Shown here piece after piece: positions 59,125 to 64,000 of a stretch of DNA of 64,000 nt. Made by a program: the position numbers and the translations under genes. The stretch covers positions 38,502,001 to 38,566,000 of the forward strand of contig OX597830.1 of the NCBI GenBank assembly GCA_951406725.2, in the 5' to 3' direction. Positions within the stretch are counted from its first letter, which is position 1. Each line of letters begins with the position of its first letter. Below the pieces are notes generated by a model. It saw only the letters and a program-made list of their open reading frames with translations. It was not told the DNA's origin and made no database searches. The DNA is from Octopus vulgaris (lineage: Eukaryota).

Positions 59125-59402
59125 CACGCCCTTTTCAAGCCTAGCCAGGCTCATGGGCCCGGTTTCCCGGTTTCTATGGCGTATGTGTTCCCCCCAGCTG
59201 GACGGGACGCCAGCCCATCGCAGCGTTACTAAGGAAACAGGAAGAAAGAGTGAGAGAAGGTTGTGGCGATATAGTACAACAGGGGTTAATGCCCCCCCCC
59301 CCCATGCCGGAAACTTGTGGGGGTGTTTTCGCTCAATAAACACACACAACGCCCAGTCTGGGAATCGAAACCGCGATCCTCCAACCGCGAGTCCACTGCC
59401 CA
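59125..59402 (-). mobile_element. tRNA-derived SINE (24871-type head, alternative tail)
   Basis: Reverse complement gggcagtggactcgcggttggaggatcgcggtttcgattcccagactgggcgttgtg...ccgggaaaccgggcccatgagcctggctaggctt. Confidence 0.85.
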
Positions 59403-60939
59403 TATATATATATATATATATATATACATACATTATTTATTGACATTTGGCGCCGCGAACCGAAATCAGATTGATAGGGAGAGGCACAGGAAAATTTTAG
59501 TGTAGGCATAGATTCATTGATAATTTATGTAATGATATTGAAATCACAATAAGAGTTTCAGAAGTCGATTGACCTCAAAAACCTCATGACACAATTTCTC
59601 CCAATGTATCTCTTCACTGTTTTTCAAAAGGCGAATTAGAACATACAAGTATATGACTGACCATGTGTTTATAGCACGCTGCCTAAACGAGCACTATAGT
59701 TGAGTGTGAGTACGGCAAGCATTTAAAAAAAGAATATTCACAACATAGCTACACATGCGATATTTTTAAATACTTTCCTAAACAGGCATTTTAAGACTTG
59801 TAGTGAAAATATTAGTCTGAATACACGCATGATGTCTCGTATTTGCGGAAACAAAAATATTCAAATTCATCATCAGAGCGTTATGTGCACCGAATGGGTT
59901 TCACACGTTTCCATAATATTGAGACCATTGCCTGCATGAGTTAATTCCTTAATGAACAAAAGTACTAAAAAAAGGGGTTGATGAATACAGATAGACATAA
60001 AGCATTCATATTGGTGATATTTTATAAACACTTCTCATTCCAGCTGCTATAATTAGATACTTTGTTAAAGCAACATTATTTTCTTTGTGACCAAATAACC
60101 GACACTGAGTTGCTTATTTTCCCTCATTTGTATGGCTTCATCAAATCAGATGTCCATTTACTAAGTTTAAATAGAAATGGACACTATATCTAATTAAATA
60201 TACGCAATATCAGATAATATCACATTCGAAATGTTATATCTATATTTGAATTACACTGTAAGTGTCTGAAATATGAATAAATAAATGAGTTAATTAGCTG
60301 AATATTTGTAGACGTAAACAGAGTACTAGAAAGATACATTTATAAATTATCGAAGTATTGTTTCAGATTTTTACTTCACATACTTGTGGAAAAATTCGAC
60401 ACTCTAAACACAAACGTGAATTCATTGAATTAATTGTATTGCTAGTAGTTGCAATTAAACGAAAATTAGAGGTAGGCCATGAACTTTATATTTGATGTTA
60501 TGGGTAAACTAAAAAATTATAGTTCTTTTGAAAGAAGATAGAGTAAACGTTGTTGACGATGGTACGAAAAATACATTTGACTACATATACAGATAGATAA
60601 GTATTATAATTATACCAAATATCAGTATTAAGCTTTGCTAAAATGTTTTCAGCGTACAACAGTAGAATATAGATTTTGTTCCATACTTACGGTAATATGC
60701 TCCTTCACGTAAAGTCTTATATAAAAATAATATATAAAATCTTACAATGCAGAAGAGGTAAGAGGTATCTTTCGGTGATGTTCTTTCTTGAAATTCAACC
60801 CTAAATATTTAACCATCTAAAAAATCATATGCTTCAACAAAATTTGCATCATTTCTTATATTCGTGTGCTACCTTAAAAAAAATGAATTAGTTTTCTACG
60901 ATTTCAAATCGTTATAGCCCCAAAGTTTCATATATTATG

Positions 60940-61244
60940 TTGTTGTTTGTTCCTTCTCGAGCCACGCCAGGCTCATAAGGGCCGGTTTCCCGGTTTCCTT
61001 GGCGTATAGGTTCCCCACCTGGACGGGACGCTGATCCGTCGCAGGTGAGCTGCAAGATGCAGGAGGAAAAAGTGAGAGAAAGTTGTGGCGAATGAGTCAG
61101 CAGATGTTCGCTGTTACCTTCTGCCGGAGCCGCGTGGAACTTAGGTATTTCGCTCATAAACACACACATCGCCCAGTCTGAGATCTGAACCCGCGAACTC
61201 TCGACCGTTAATCCGCTGCTCTAACCACTAGGCCATTTGCCTCC
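60940..61244 (-). mobile_element. Full-length tRNA-derived SINE (24871-type head, alternative tail)
   Basis: Reverse complement ggaggcaaatggcctagtggttagagcagcgg...ccgggaaaccggcccttatgagcctggcgtggctcg followed by (aac)n. Confidence 0.87.
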
Positions 61245-61983
61245 ATTTCATATCTTATAGACACGGGAATAACACCATAAAAGTTAAGGAGGATACGTTC
61301 CTCTATTGCAATCATCTGTAGCTAATATATTTAGTTTCTCGTATATTTCATTACCATAGAAATGGAAATAAATAAAGTCGTGACTCATTATCTTGGGATA
61401 TTTTTGGATTTAAACTTAAGAACTGTGTGTCATGTACTGTAGTTCATTAACAGGCTCTCTGTTTACATTTTATTACTTCTCCTTAATTGCAATGTATGAT
61501 TGACACTTGTTGCTTAAGATTCAGTCGTTAATATTCTCTGTACAACCAACAGGAAAAGGCATCGAGTAATATAATAGGACAGCAATCATTTGGTTCTTTT
61601 CTTTGTATATATAATTACACAACTACAAGTTACTTAGTTATGAGTACATCTCTTTCCCTATATATGTATATTTGTATATTCATATGTGTTACTGTGTGTG
61701 GGTGTAAGTGTGTGTGAATGTGTGTGTATAGTACACATGCATGCAATATCTATAAGAATATATAAGATAATAATGACTACAGTCTTATCTCTCCATTTTC
61801 GTCATCGTAATGAGTTATTCCATTATTTCAAATATTTGTCTTCCTAATAGTGGAGGAGAAATTTTTATAGAGCCTGTTACCTTGTGAGGTTTATTTCCAC
61901 AACGTAGTCATCAGTAATTTATTTCTTCTGTTTATCGTTGTTGCACTGACGCCAACATAACTCTCACTCACTACGTCAGAATT

Positions 61984-62125
<142 letters not shown>

Positions 62126-63520
62126 AAGCTAGTGCATACTAATTTGATTAGCAGGGATTTTGTATTGAGGATCGATGACAGCAGCTCTCCTCAACTCACA
62201 AGAATCATCATTAGGCTTCTTGTAGAATATAGTATGGTACTTGTCAGCAATTAGACCACGCCAGTTTCGGTTTCAGCCTCTTTCAATCCTTAAGATAACA
62301 TTTTGGTTGCTGTACAAAGTGCACCAATTACCACAGATGCAATTGTTGACCTCAGCTCTCTGGTTAGATCCTGATATTTCTCTGTTTTTGCAATTTGATT
62401 GGCATTGACTCTTCTACCATAGGGATTTGAAAAGGTCTGTAATCTTACATTGTTTCTGCCGTTTGATCTCTATATATCATATCTGGTCTTCTTACTTCAA
62501 TAGTATATACAGGTTTTATGGATAGGTTCCACAATATTCTATATTTATCATTTTCTATCACAGCCTCTCGTGCGTGTTCATTCCACGTTTCTGTTATTTT
62601 GTATACATTCGGCTAACATCCTAATACAATTTGTAGTCTACACAGTCGTTCTTAAGGTTCTACTCCTTTTGTGCTAATATACTGCACTCACCGAATATGT
62701 ATTTGATACATCCGTCCCCTTTGCTGCAGACCCTACTTGTTCTGTCTGACTGAGTTTTGTTAATCTTTGATTGTATCAGATTTGTTCAAATGTATTGTGC
62801 CTCAGGAATTGTAATTAATGCTTTGGGCATTCGTTTCAAGTTTCCGTCCGTCCACCAGATTCACCATTGTTGATTTGTAACATTTTCCGTTTCTTGCATG
62901 AATTGGACATGTAAATTCTATTTCTTTCCATTTATTTGTTCTGTTGTTCTCCATTTTCTATTTCAATTCTCCTGCAACCAGTTTTTTTTGTATCTCTGAC
63001 TGACGTTTGTATTCATTCTTTATCCTGCACATCATACGTTTTCAGATACACTATTGCAGAATTATGAGTGTCCGTCCTCTGCTACCTTTGTGTCTTGTTT
63101 TATACAGAAAGTCGGAATTGCTTTTAGGAAGGTGTGCGTCGTGCCTTATGAACTGCATTCTGTTACTTATGTCCAGATACTTTGTCCATTTCCCCAAAAT
63201 GGCATAAAACATGTATTTATAGTTAGAATACATTGTCTTCTAATTCTACTCTTGTATTCTTTAGTAACTTTCTCCTTTTTCGTTCCATCATGCTATCGTA
63301 ATTTTAAACTTCTTAGCATGTGTATCCATTATTCCACAGCGATCTGCGGATATGTCTTGTGGTAATTTTATGTCATTACAGTTTACATTTAGGACTCTCT
63401 TCAACATTGATCCTGCAGACTTATGTTTCTCAAACTGCATTCAAATATCTTTAGTAAATACTTTCATAGTTTTCACATTCCCATTTGGTGTACGTAGTAG
63501 TATGTACCAATTACAATTTG
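62126..63520 (-). mobile_element. Old R4/Dong-clade retrotransposon, 3' half
   Basis: Minus translation gives KTMKVFTKDI*MQF, HLPKSNSDFLYKTRHKGSRG, IENDKYRILWNLSI, IEVRRPD, EKYQDLTREL and VVIGAL, collinear with 8088-11066; the 3' end runs into (TGA)(TAA)n. Confidence 0.82.
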
Positions 63521-64000
63521 ATTTATATTATTTGTACAAAAGAGCAATTAAACAAAAGATTGAATGGAAATAGATACGATTTCAGGTACAATAACAATAA
63601 TGCAACTATTCTCAGAAAATAATCTCCTATCCTTTCAAAATGCATGATGAGAAATATGGTTGTCAGTTATTAACATTACGCCCTGAAAAGAAAAACAGAA
63701 CGATAAGGGAATTTCATCATATATACAAACACCTGATTAAATATTCTTCTTTTTCCTTTTTTCCTCTTTTCTTTCTTTATCTTTTTGCCAATTAGAAACT
63801 TGAAAATTGAAAAGTAATGTTGTAATCCTGTCAACATGCAAACGCAGGTTGCCCTCGTTCACATTTTTGAATTTGAATTTCTATAATTTTGTATTTCTCT
63901 GTATCACTTCACATTTTGAACTCGACAAAGACAGGCAAGCATTGGAAATATTGTTTAAGATAGTAAGATATATATGGCAATTACATTGTGCTCTTCGTAG

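Overview
AT-rich eukaryotic, repeat-dense non-genic (intronic or intergenic) DNA. The tRNA-derived SINE families and the density of (TA)n/(GATA)n/(TAA)n arrays suggest an octopus-like cephalopod genome (inference). I found no intact host protein-coding gene; most listed ORFs are microsatellite artefacts. Contents: R4/Dong-clade retrotransposons sitting in (TAA)n arrays, one partly duplicated with a breakpoint inside the YMDD motif; a decayed RTE LINE; CR1-like 3' fragments; mariner/maT remnants, one with both TIRs; many SINEs; a 44-bp minisatellite; and a 1.26-kb tandem duplication. Most notable: (i) several short (TA)n-associated Penelope/retrozyme-like inserts with type I hammerhead ribozyme folds, one fully canonical (25554-25641, minus) and others with variant cores; (ii) a 3' stem-loop signal shared, with compensatory stem changes, by three CR1-like LINE families and the dominant SINE; (iii) recurrent inverted duplications, including a perfect 136-bp inverted repeat and fold-backs at (TA)n arrays. 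All alignments and folds were read by eye, so ends of decayed elements are approximate.
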